Positions 39,083-47,499 of a stretch of 64,000 nucleotides of DNA are shown here, one piece after another. The notes beneath the pieces are model-generated. The model was not told where the DNA came from. It worked only from the letters and a program-made list of their open reading frames with translations, and made no database searches. The stretch spans positions 5,879,535-5,943,534 of the forward strand of contig NC_068981.1 in assembly GCF_001194135.2 (NCBI RefSeq), in the 5' to 3' direction. Made by a program: the position numbers and the translations under genes. Source of the DNA: Octopus bimaculoides (lineage: Eukaryota). Positions within the stretch are counted from its first letter, which is position 1. Each line of letters opens with the position of its first letter.

Positions 39083-42000
39083 ATGTTGTTCAAAGACAAA
39101 TTCCTCTTTCCTTTTGGTTCTCTTCCCTCCTTTTGTCTCAACCACCTCCCTCTCTCTACTCCTTCTCATCTCTTCTCTCTCTCTCATTATCTTTACTCTT
39201 CCACAGATAGCAGAAATAAAGAAAATGAAGATTGGCAACCCATTAGACCGTTCTGTGGACCATGGACCCCAGAACCATAAATCTCATTTGGACAAATTAC
39301 TTGAATATTGTGAGATTGGAATAAAAGAGGGAGCCACCCTTGTTTATGGAGGAAAACGTGTCGACTGTCAAGGTAATGTCATCATCTTCTAACGTCCATG
39401 TTCAATACTGATATGGGGTTGGATGTTTTAACAGGATCTGATGGAATCAAGGACTACATCATGCTCCAGTTTGGTTCTCATTTGAACCGACTTCCTGAGG
39501 CTGCTTCTCTTCATTACTTCACACACATATATCTCTTTCAAAGACCCCTAAAATACTTGTAATAACTTTATTCATCCTTTCATTGCAGTATCTTTATGAA
39601 ACACCCTTTTCTTGCAATATCCCTATGAAATTTTCATTGCTGTAGAGACTGGATAGTTTAACCCTTTCATTACCAGCCCGGCTGAAACCACCTCTGGCTC
39701 TGTGTACAAATGTCTTGTTTTCTTAAGTTTTGAATTAAAATCCTCCACCAAACCTTAGTCACAATTTATGTTCCTAACACTAGCTGAATGATAACTAAGT
39801 TATTTTACTAAATTCTTAGTTGGATTTAAAATTAATTGAAAGAAACACAAAGTACCTCAACAGAAATACGGTATGAAAAGTGTTAAAATATATAATAGAG
39901 AAACAATTCTTAATCCTTTCATTACCAACCTGGCTGAAACCAGCTCTGGCTCTGAGTACAAATGTCTTGTTACCAAAAGTTCTGAATGAAAATCTTCCAT
40001 CAAACCTTAGTTATCATTAAGCTAGTGTTAAGAACAGAAATTGTGACTAAGTTATTTTACTACAATAAACTCTCTCTTTACATTAACCCTTTAGCATTCA
40101 GATCATTCTGACAAATGTAATGTTTTTCATTCACATTGTATTCAATTAATCATGTATTATCTCATAGCTTTGAAATTTTGATGATATGATTTTGTATATT
40201 TTATAATGGCATTGAAGGGTAAGTGTGAGAGGCTGGATCTAGCCAGTGTAAACATAAAACAGGTAGCATATTTGGGCCTGATATGGCCAGTTTAAATGCT
40301 AAAGGATTAAACCATTTGTTAAACCCTGCTCATCCCCTGAGCAATCATCTTGTTGCCCCCATTTAGACGTCTAAAGAGAGAAAGCAGAATTTTAGAGAAT
40401 TCAAGTAAAACTGAATTTCTTTAATGGAAATATTTCTGTTTGCCTGCAGGCTTTTTTATGATGCCAACGGTCTTCACAAATGTCAAAGATGATAACTTTA
40501 TTGCCAAAGAAGAATCATTTGGTCCGGTAATGGTGATCTCAAAGTTTACAGATGGGTGAGTCTAGGATTTCTAATTAAGTATATGTGTGTGTGTGTGTGG
40601 TGGATATGTGTGTATATATGTGTGTCTCTCCTTGTCTTGATATTACATGATAACTAAGAGAGCCTTGTCGTCGTAGAAGCCTTGTCATCCATTTCTAGTC
40701 TTCAGTACAAACATGTCCAACCAAAGACAAATCTTATTTGCTTGGAAGCAAATGAGGGTCAGCAACAGGAAGAGCATCTAGCTATAGAAAATCTGTCTCA
40801 CTGAATTCCATTTGACCCATGCAAGTAAAGCAAAATGAATAAGTTAAACAATGATGAAATGTCAGAGTTTCCTCTCCAAGAAGCATTAGTTTTTGGTGTT
40901 TTTGATGAAGCTTTTTTTTCTACAGATACGTGAAACTGAACCAATATCTCAGTAGTTCTAGACAAGACCATAGCTCACAATTATTTGAGACCACCCATCC
41001 TCCGTTTTTTTTGTTATAATGATATTTACAGGTTTCTCCCATCTATATTCAATATACTTTATGAGGTCTTCTCAAAGAGTATCGGAACTATTGCTACAGT
41101 AACAGAGATGAAGTATACAGAATGAAGCTGCTTGGTACTGATGGACCTTGACCTCTGTCACACTTGCATGCTCAGCTATAATGTTCTTGTTCCCTTCCAT
41201 TGTTTATAGCAGTGACTAGAAGTGTAGAAGTAGAGTGTGGTGGTCACCTGCGTCTGGTGAGTGGCATTTGTGGGATTTTATTTTTTGGAAAAAAGGAAAA
41301 GGTTGCAAGAGACGAGATCTGGGGAATATGGTGGTTGTCGGAGCTGGGGAATGTTGTGCTTGGTGGAAAACTGCTGCACAAGTTGCACTGAATGGGTATG
41401 GTGCAGTTGTCACTCACAGGACACATGCATCGTCCACACTCTGTCAAGCATTGCTGTAAACAGCGAGCAAGCATGTTCATTGTTTAACATCTGCCTTCCA
41501 TGCTGGCATAGGTGGGAGGGTTTCACAAGAGCCAGCCAGGCAGAAGTCTGCACCTGAAACCATGCCAAAACAGACAATGGAACCTGGTGTAGCTCCAAGC
41601 CTTGCAAGCTCTTGTCAAACTGTCCAGCCTATGATGGTGATGGTGATGATACATGTCTGTGTATACCCTCATAAGTGAACATTGCTGTTATACGTTGGTT
41701 ATTTCCAGTCTTCTATGGTAAAATACTACTTTGCTTGGAAACAGGTGAGGGTAGGCTACTGGAAGAGCATTCAGCTGTAGAAAATCTGTCTCAACAAATT
41801 CCATCTGATTCATACAAACATGGAGAACTGAACATAAAACCATGATGATTTGTGTCTTTCAATTTCATGTGATTCCATCATCTCTTCTTTAAATATCCTT
41901 CAAAACTTTTTTTTTTTTTTTTCAGAGATATTGAAGGTGTATTACGAAGAGCTAATAAAACAGAATATGGTTTGGCATCTGGTGTTTTTACCAAAGACAT

Positions 42001-42523
42001 CAACAAAGCATTAACCGTTGCAGACAGTCTTCAGGCTGGTACCGTGTTTGTGAATACATACAACAAGACTGACGTTGCTGCTCCCTTTGGCGGATTTAAA
42101 CAATCTGGTTTCGGCAAAGATCTGGGTGAGTGTCGAGTTTGCCTATAAACAATGCCATTTATATTTCAGAGGTGCATTTGTCAGGCTGAGGATTTGATCT
42201 GAGACAGCATGCAAGGCACATATTAGCCATTCAAAATTGCACAAACAATGTTCACTTCACTTCAATCACTTTCAAACAGCAAGTTTGTCCTAAAACTAGT
42301 CTCAGACAGGCTGGTGGCACAAGAGTTACCATTAGATGTTTTCCTTGTTTAGAGTCAGAAGCCCAAAGGCTTTAGTGGTAAGCACAGCCCTTGTATTTGG
42401 TGTGGAAATCTCGTGGACATCATTCTATGAATCACTGACAAACACTCAATATTCTTATTTCCTTCAGGTGAAGCTGCTTTGGATGAATATCTGAAGATAA
42501 AGACTGTGACTGTGGAATATTAA
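5561..42523 (+). CDS. ALDH1L: 10-formyltetrahydrofolate dehydrogenase (ALDH1L1/2 family), spliced, 5'-partial; 20 visible exons, 2206 coding nt
   Basis: Exons joined by GT-AG introns with consistent phases give the formyltransferase/hydrolase C-terminal part ([10 protein letters not shown]), the acyl-carrier domain ([10 protein letters not shown], phosphopantetheine Ser) and a full ALDH domain ([48 protein letters not shown]), ending KTVTVEY*. The N-terminal exons lie upstream of the window. Confidence 0.97.
6810..7138 (+). mobile_element. (GAT)n-tailed short retroposon or LINE 3' end (representative copy)
   Basis: GGGCATCCAGCTGTAGAAAC...CCAACCCATGCCAGCATGGAAAACGGACGTTAAA(TGA)n. Other copies near 640-805, 18500-18710, 34120-34330, 53880-54075, 60150-60350 (+) and 25318-25625, 27115-27310, 30860-31100, 33325-33555, 35395-35620, 48438-48595, 57085-57350, 57665-57860, 62850-62995 (-). 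Confidence 0.8.
7226..7327 (+). CDS. ALDH1L: ALDH1L exon (102 nt) [34 protein letters not shown]
   Basis: cttag acceptor, gtaaga donor; QPEEGA.YE motif. Confidence 0.95.
7838..7927 (+). CDS. ALDH1L: ALDH1L exon (90 nt) [30 protein letters not shown]
   Basis: ttcag acceptor, gtaggt donor; [11 protein letters not shown] motif. Confidence 0.96.
10305..11161. other. Assembly gap (857 N); other gaps at 2917-2926, 4889-4936, 13051-13556, 14295-14385, 33160-33230, 43266-43402
   Basis: Runs of N. Confidence 1.
11178..11817 (+). mobile_element. Non-autonomous Helitron-like element
   Basis: Starts A|TCTATAATAATAAA, ends CCGGGTACCTCAGCTAG|T (TC...CTAG between A and T); internal ~60-bp direct repeat at ~11348 and ~11729. 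Confidence 0.6.
11967..12291. mobile_element. hAT (Charlie-type) MITE
   Basis: TIRs CAATGGTTCTCAAC / GTTGAGAACCACCA; 8-bp flanks CTCTAGAC / TTTTAGAC. Confidence 0.7.
12347..12475 (+). CDS. ALDH1L: ALDH1L exon (129 nt) [20 protein letters not shown]...MESNLK
   Basis: ttccag acceptor, gtaaag donor; GKMI.AS motif; phase 0 at both ends. Confidence 0.9.
12494..14113. repeat. 557-bp direct duplication (12494-13050 = 13557-14113) flanking an N gap
   Basis: Sequences appear identical at offset 1063; the first copy ends at the gap and the second begins at it. Confidence 0.9.
14439..14524 (+). CDS. ALDH1L: ALDH1L exon (86 nt) [29 protein letters not shown]
   Basis: Polypyrimidine tract plus ccag, gtaaat donor; acyl-carrier Ser motif. 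Confidence 0.96.
15093..15561 (-). mobile_element. Solo-LTR-like element
   Basis: TGTAGC...GCTACA ends; on the minus strand a TATTTAA at 15380-15374 and AATAAA at 15161-15156; ~41-bp internal tandem repeats; no clear TSD. Confidence 0.55.
16095..16242 (+). CDS. ALDH1L: ALDH1L exon (148 nt) [21 protein letters not shown]...FEFDA
   Basis: tttag acceptor, gtaagt donor; acyl-carrier domain continuation. Confidence 0.95.
16903..17028. repeat. Degenerate ~26-bp minisatellite, 5 units
   Basis: Units ATTARTGATGGTACTGCAG.CAGRGG. Confidence 0.75.
18802..18921 (+). CDS. ALDH1L: ALDH1L exon (120 nt) [24 protein letters not shown]...INPADES
   Basis: ctccag acceptor, gtgagt donor; start of ALDH domain (INP motif). 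Confidence 0.96.
18995..19418 (+). mobile_element. Family 1 tRNA-headed SINE (representative copy)
   Basis: GGCTGTGTGGT head, GGTTCAGTCCC B-box-like, CCTTGGGCAAGTG core, internal (TA/TG)n, tail CCAGCATGGCC...GAAACAAGTAAAAGA. Other copies: + 4990-5365, 21817-22220, 24285-24720, 33074-33730, 36818-37170, 43083-43542, 48251-48820; - 2058-2220, 14588-14905, 32192-32545, 58770-59140, 61945-62135. Confidence 0.85.
19864..19926 (+). CDS. ALDH1L: ALDH1L exon (63 nt) [21 protein letters not shown]
   Basis: tgtag acceptor, gtgagt donor; DV..AV.AAK motif. Confidence 0.94.
19961..20202. repeat. Compound microsatellite (CAC/CAT)n, (CT)n, (CA)n
   Basis: Direct reading; lies between the 63-nt exon and the Tc1 ORF. 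Confidence 0.95.
20237..21303 (+). mobile_element. Tc1/mariner transposon, defective; right TIR 21273-21301 plus TA; left TIR not seen
   Basis: HTH N-terminus ([13 protein letters not shown]), [39 protein letters not shown]; frameshifts around 20720-20850; TIR GGTGTTTCCATTATTTTGTCCAACTCCTG. Confidence 0.93.
23400..23633 (+). mobile_element. Helentron-associated (HINE/DINE-like) non-autonomous element, tentative
   Basis: (ACAA)n microsatellite then a 3' hairpin GCCTT-TGCT-AAGGC and AGAGGTAAT followed by (TAA)n. Confidence 0.4.
23788..23852 (+). CDS. ALDH1L: ALDH1L exon (65 nt) [22 protein letters not shown]
   Basis: ttttag acceptor, gtgagc donor. Confidence 0.95.
26551..26723. mobile_element. 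hAT (Charlie-type) MITE, 173 bp
   Basis: TIRs CAGTGCTTCTCAAA / TTTGAGTAGCACTG; 8-bp TSD CTCTAGAA / CTCTAGGA. Confidence 0.8.
26838..26988 (+). CDS. ALDH1L: ALDH1L exon (151 nt) [50 protein letters not shown]
   Basis: ttcag acceptor, gtgggt donor; [11 protein letters not shown] motif. Confidence 0.97.
28052..28122 (+). CDS. ALDH1L: ALDH1L exon (71 nt) [24 protein letters not shown]
   Basis: ttcag acceptor, gtaagt donor. Confidence 0.96.
29270..29375 (+). CDS. ALDH1L: ALDH1L exon (106 nt) [35 protein letters not shown]
   Basis: aag acceptor, gtgcgg donor; PWNYP and KPA motifs. Confidence 0.97.
31772..31859 (+). CDS. ALDH1L: ALDH1L exon (88 nt) [30 protein letters not shown]
   Basis: cctag acceptor, gtgaga donor; [10 protein letters not shown] motif. 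Confidence 0.97.
32010..32622. mobile_element. hAT MITE related to 11967-12291 with a nested minus-strand family 1 SINE (~32192-32545)
   Basis: GGACCCCTTTTGATT near the left end and ATGGACCCCAGTTGTGAACCAGTG at the right end match the 12-kb MITE; left TIR is degenerate. Confidence 0.55.
32780..33000. mobile_element. piggyBac-type MITE
   Basis: TTAA|CCCTTT...AAAGGG|TTAA; related copies at ~9210-9604, 39662-39882 (inverted), 39914-40050, and partial copies at ~33790-33915 and ~53605-53750. Confidence 0.75.
34434..34527 (+). CDS. ALDH1L: ALDH1L exon (94 nt) [31 protein letters not shown]
   Basis: tacag acceptor, gtttgt donor; GFTGST NADP-binding motif. Confidence 0.96.
34748..35125 (+). mobile_element. 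RTE-clade LINE ORF C-terminal relic
   Basis: [21 protein letters not shown]...[10 protein letters not shown]...[22 protein letters not shown] with one stop. Confidence 0.8.
36102..36201 (+). CDS. ALDH1L: ALDH1L exon (100 nt) [33 protein letters not shown]
   Basis: tacag acceptor, gtaaat donor; catalytic Glu in LELGGKSP. Confidence 0.97.
37220..37318 (+). CDS. ALDH1L: ALDH1L exon (99 nt) [33 protein letters not shown]
   Basis: ttcag acceptor, gtaagt donor; catalytic Cys in GENCIAAG. Confidence 0.97.
37587..37981. mobile_element. Family H SINE inverted pair (minus copy 37587-37748, plus copy 37759-37981)
   Basis: The two copies are reverse complements over ~150 nt, joined by the palindrome TATGCCCATGGGCATA. 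Confidence 0.85.
38306..38890 (+). mobile_element. Tc1-like transposase relic (N-terminal half)
   Basis: [33 protein letters not shown] and SVMV*GAIW motifs with stops and frameshifts. Confidence 0.65.
39207..39372 (+). CDS. ALDH1L: ALDH1L exon (166 nt) [24 protein letters not shown]...GGKRVDCQG
   Basis: cacag acceptor, gtaatg donor; HGPQNH motif. Confidence 0.97.
39658..40310. mobile_element. Cluster of three TTAA-flanked MITEs (39662-39882, 39914-~40050, 40087-40306)
   Basis: Each starts TTAA followed by CCCTTT or TCCTTT; the third has TIR CCCTTTAGCATT / AATGCTAAAGGA. Confidence 0.65.
40450..40555 (+). CDS. ALDH1L: ALDH1L exon (106 nt) [35 protein letters not shown]
   Basis: tgcag acceptor, gtgagt donor; EESFGP motif. 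Confidence 0.97.
41926..42125 (+). CDS. ALDH1L: ALDH1L exon (200 nt) [24 protein letters not shown]...[15 protein letters not shown]
   Basis: Long T tract plus cag, gtgagt donor; YGLASGVF and PFGGFKQSG motifs. Confidence 0.97.
42468..42523 (+). CDS. ALDH1L: ALDH1L last coding exon (56 nt) [17 protein letters not shown]
   Basis: ttcag acceptor; TAA stop at 42521-42523; C-terminus typical of the family. Confidence 0.96.
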
Positions 42524-43000
42524 ATACAATCAAAGTAAGAAGTGGTTTTGTCTTTGGTGTCTTACTAGTGTGGTGTGGAAATAATGTGGAAAGTCACCAA
42601 TTTAGTGGGGGTGGTCACTAGTTTTGAAATATGCAAGTGTTCTGAATGTCAGAAGGGATGTTTGTAAACGAAACGTTGTAACTTTATTTGGATTGTAATG
42701 AGAGCTTACAAGTGCTGAGCAAAGCAGCTGTAGGAGTCAGAAGGGAAGCCATAAAACTTATTTTTGCACAAATGGTTTAGAAGCTTGTGGCACTAAGGTG
42801 GTAAGAAATACAGACAGACAGTTTCCATCTTAGAGAAAACAATGTGTTCCCTGTTGAATCTATCTGCTGACTGTTGTTAAAACATGTGCCAACCAAGATG
42901 GAAGATAACTGCACTTTGGTATTCCTGTGTGCCTCTCTGATTGGCTGAAGTTGCCATAGCATGACTGTGCTATATTCCATGGCAACAAAATAGAGCTTAA

Positions 43001-43786
43001 TACAGCTCTATATTTAAGACATGAGCAATTATGTACACTATTTACATTAGATGGATATTTGTCCTCATCTTGTTTGTTAACAAGATGGCATAGCTATGTG
43101 GTAAGTAGCTTGCTTACGAACCACATTGTTCAGGGTTCAGTCCCACTGCGTGGCACCTTGGGCAAGTGTCTTCTACTATAGCCTCGGGCCAACCAAAGCC
43201 TTGTGAGTGGATTTGGTAGTTGGAAACTGAAAGAAGCCCGTCATATATATATATATATATATATANNNNNNNNNNNNNNNNNNNNNNNNNNNNNNNNNNN
43301 NNNNNNNNNNNNNNNNNNNNNNNNNNNNNNNNNNNNNNNNNNNNNNNNNNNNNNNNNNNNNNNNNNNNNNNNNNNNNNNNNNNNNNNNNNNNNNNNNNNN
43401 NNCCCGTAACTTAGCGTTTCAGCAAAAGAGACTGATAGAATAAGTACTAGGCTTACAAAGAATAAGTCCTGGGGTTGATTTGCTCGACTAACGGCAGTGC
43501 TCCAGCATGGCCACAGTCAAATGACTGAAACGAGTAAAAGAGTAACACAACGTTTCAGCCGATATACCCTCCAGCCTTCATCAGGTGTCTTGGGGAAATT
43601 TCGAACCTGGGTTCTCATTCCTAAGGTATTTTTCGATATTATTATTATTCAGGTCACTGCCTGGAATCGAACTCAGATTCTTGGGGTTAGTAGCCTGCAC
43701 TCTTAACCACTACGCCATATGGCGTAGTGGTTAAGAGCAACCTTGGAGAGTTGTGGGACAAATATCCGTCTAATGTAAATAATGTA
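43001..43786. mobile_element. Family H SINE (minus; 43001-43082 plus 43543-43720) with a nested family 1 SINE and an internally deleted plus-strand partner (43718-43786)
   Basis: Sequence matches the other H copies; TAACA duplicated on both sides of the nested SINE; 38-bp palindrome at the head. Confidence 0.8.
43544..43589 (-). ncRNA. Putative hammerhead motif, family H copy 4
   Basis: GACAC-CUGAUGA-A-GGCUG...CGGCU-GAAAC-GU-U-GUGUU; core intact, G-U pairs in stems. Confidence 0.5.
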
Positions 43787-44289
43787 AAATAAAGCTTTCC
43801 TGATTCTTCCATGACCATAGAAATAGAAATAATAGGGGGAGAGAGACGAGAGAGAGACGACAAAGAGAGAGAAAGATGACAAAGAGAAAGAGAGATGACA
43901 AAGAGAGAGAGAAGAAAAGGATGTTTATAGAAATGATAAGAAACATGTTTATGGAAGACAATTTTTTTTCTTTCTTTCTTACTGAAATAAAGATAGGTTC
44001 ATCAGTGGGTGTAAATAATGATGGAGGCAGATATAAATTGATGGCATAAGAGTGTTTATACAGTTGTAGAGGACATGCAATTCTCTTTGGGATGAGTGGA
44101 TCTTAAAGCAAACACAGCTATAATTAATAGAATGTACATATGTAGAATTTTAAAAACTTGAAGGCTGCTGTGGGGTTTGAAACGAGATCTCCTGTAAAGG
44201 TGGCAGGCATTCTACCACTGGACCAAACATCACTTTGGGTCATTTTGCTTTGCTGGAGGCCTTCTGACAAATTCTCACTTATTAGAAAG

Positions 44290-45058
44290 TGAAACGACCC
44301 ATGTCACATGACAAAAACAGTGAAGTTTGGGGGTAAGAGTCTGGTACTTTGGGAATACGTAAAAAATGATGGTTCAAGAAAGTTGGTTAAGATTGACGGT
44401 AACTTGAATAGTGCCAAATACATCCAGCTGCTGAAGGAGAGTTTGATAACAGACTTGGATAAAGGTGAGATTTTTCAGTATGAGGGAGCTCCATGCCACA
44501 GATCGCGTGCAACACAACCGAGTCTGGCTGGTGAAAGTGTTACCGTATTGAAAGATTGGCAAGCTCAGAGCCCTGACTTAAATATCATCGAGCAAATGTG
44601 GACAGAACTAAAGAGAAGAGTTCGTCAGAAGAATCCACGCAACCTTGAAGAGTTGTGGGAACTCAGTCATAGAGAACGGCATCTGATAACTGTGAAGATG
44701 GTGAAAGATATGTACGCATCTCTTCTAAGAGAAGCCACACGACATATTAACAATGTACAGTAACTTCTTGAAATGAACATTATGTAATCAATTTTCATTA
44801 TACTGTATCTTGATTGGTTTATGTGAGGTGGCCGAAAACTTATGCACGGCTATTTTTGGTGGTCATCTCACATCTTCCCCTTTCATTCAGAAACCCTACT
44901 ACAAAATATAAGATTTGGTATGGAAATGATTCCAACAGGGCCAATGTTTCACCTGCAAAAAAAAAAAAAATACAATGTGAAACATCTACTTATAAGTTGA
45001 CAATTAGTAGAAATTTACATCAGTTTAAAGTGGCCAAAGACTTTTGCATGGCACTGTA
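44290..45058 (+). mobile_element. Tc1-like relic (C-terminal transposase plus right end with IR/DR-type repeat)
   Basis: TVKFGGKSL, GAPCH, QSPDLNIIEQMW; terminal GTGGCCAAAGACTTTTGCATGGCACTG-TA at 45030-45058 and an inner similar copy at ~44828. Confidence 0.8.
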
Positions 45059-45675
45059 TATATAGTGAAAAGGTTTGATAAAACAATTTTTTCCACATGG
45101 TGAATTGTAGTGAAAAATATAGAGAGAAGAACCATGCACAGAAATTCTATGATGGATAAAATAGGCATGGCTGTGTGGTAAGTAGGTTGCTTACCAACCA
45201 CATATTGGAAGGATATTTTGTGTGTGTATGTGTGTGTGTGTGTGTGTACACAGGGAGGGAAATGGAGGTAATAGATAGATATTGAGATAGGTTTTGAGAG
45301 ATAAGTAGCAGAGAGGGTGTGTGTAGTAGAGAAAATGTATTTATCTTTTTTTCTTTCTTTTCCCTATAGGTGCAAGGTGAAAATGGAGAAAAAGAGGATG
45401 AACATCAAAAGAAACTGATTTTTTTGTTTAGTTTTGTTTTGTGAAAATACTATAGCAACTGTTTGCAAGAAATTGATACGTAAAATAGAAATTATGTAAG
45501 AAATATTAGTTTCAGTAAAAAAATTATAAAAGACACAAGTAATCTACAGCTATATATATATATATATATAGCTGTAGATTACTTGTGTCATTATGGTAAG
45601 TTCACCCCAAAATTACTCCATCCAATGAGAGATAAATATCATTTAATGTATACATTATAAAGGTATGTGCTATTA

Positions 45676-45824
45676 ATAGATTCTTGCTGTGAAGACCCGT
45701 ATCTAGGCAGGTTTTTATAATGCTCCTTGTGTCCCCAAGCAATCATCAGGCTAAAGATTGTTTGGAGACACATGGACTGTTATAAAGACCTGCCTAGACA
45801 CAGGTCTTCTCAGCAAGAAACTAT
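45676..45824. repeat. Ungapped 69-bp imperfect inverted repeat with an 11-nt loop
   Basis: Counted by eye: 58 Watson-Crick pairs, 4 G-U pairs, 7 mismatches. Confidence 0.9.
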
Positions 45825-46293
45825 CAGTAGTTATCTTTAAACTATGTACATTAAATGATATAAACTTATTATATTTGATGACATATTAGATGAAGTCAGT
45901 GTATATTCAGGAAAAGCAGTTTTTAATGCATTAAAGCATGTAATTTAACCCCAGCATCCCATGTAGGACCTGCAGTAATATTTTTAGATGCTTTGGTGGG
46001 GGAGGGTGGATATGTCATATATATAATGTAAGGTAGAAAATTAATGACTATTTGAATATCTTTTGGAGAAACATAAAGGTTGCTACTCAAAAAAATAAAT
46101 TTTCTGCTCAGTATTTTTGGTTTCAATTATTTCTTACATTAAATGAAGTTTTAATTATCTAGCTGACAGCTAATAATCCTTTTTTCTCTTTAGATTTTGC
46201 ATACAATCCTATTTAAGATGTTCATGTACACTCGGGCATCATATGGTCACACATTATGTAGAAATGAATCTATTGTAGCACGGATGGTTCTGA

Positions 46294-46299
46294 AATAAA
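46294..46299 (+). terminator. Candidate ALDH1L poly(A) signal AATAAA
   Basis: Ends a ~930-nt unique AT-rich block that starts at a strong acceptor (45369); GT-rich sequence follows. Confidence 0.35.
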
Positions 46300-47499
46300 A
46301 CAAAATGTCTTAAGATGGCAATATATTGCTGGTGGTCAGTGTTTATTGTCACCAGGAAAGGGTTTGGTGGATCCTTGGACATACTAAGTCCTTCCTTGGT
46401 GAAGAATGCACCTTTCAACATGGATTAGTGAATAGTGATTTCAGATGAATTAGACAGTCAAAGACAATCTGGGGAAGCAAGGAAAGGAAGCTAAAAGAAC
46501 CCTTATTTGGTTGGGAGTTTAGAGATATTCTAGCAGATGTTTATGACAACAGAGAGTGGAAAATGAAAACTTTGACAGAGCTGAGAGTTCCTTGAGAAAA
46601 AAAAAATCTAAGATTTGTTGATCAAATTTTTAGCTGGTGCAAGGTTCTGGTGCGACTAATGGTGAAATGAGATGGAAGAGAGAGCCAGAAAAGACAAGAG
46701 ACTGTCTTGGAAAAACTAAGAGGAAGGTCGAAGCAGAGGGTATTAACAAGTAGAAAGGAAGTTAGGTACTAGATATACTGAGAAGGGAAGCAGACAGTAA
46801 GAGAAAATGTAAAGAGAAATGAATTGGAAGTCAATGTGCCAGAGAGAATTGTGACATCTTTGGAGATAATTGTATTTAGAATGACAAGAAACGTTCTGGT
46901 TTTTACCGTTGCTGAATGAAGGCACATGGCTTAGAGGTTAGAGTACTTGGCTCATGATTGTAAGGTCATGAGTTCAGTTCCAGGACAGCACATTGTGTCC
47001 TTGAGCAAGACACTTTATTTCACACTGCCCCAATCCACTCAGCTGGCAAAAATTAGTTGTACCTGTAATTTAAAGGGCCAAACTTGTCATACTGAATCTA
47101 CCTGAGAACTATGTTAAGGGTATGCATGTCTGTGGAGTACTCAGCCACTTGTACATTCATTTCACAAGCAGGCTGTTCCATTGATTGAATGGAAACCCTC
47201 AGTCATAATTAATGGAATGCCAGTTTACTGTTGCCAAAAAGAAAGCAGTTTGGAAATACTACTCTGAGAATTATGGAATGAGAAAAAAACACTTCTATCC
47301 CAAGTAAAGCCAAAAGAGGAACCAGTCATCCAAGTTGAAAACTGAATGGTAGATAGAACAATGAAAGAGAGGAAAGTAGCTGAGATGCTGAAGTGAGGGT
47401 CATGTGCTAGTCACATGACTTACAAATTTTATCGGAAGCTGTCATGCCCGACGACTAGCAAAGGAGTATCAATGTCAGCTACAAGGATAATGTTCAATG

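Noticed and set aside
45370-45444. Orphan exon read as a coding extension (VQGENGEKEDEHQKKLIF...)
   Set aside because: The ALDH1L frame already ends at a conserved C-terminus and no phase-0 donor is available; treated as a candidate UTR exon instead.
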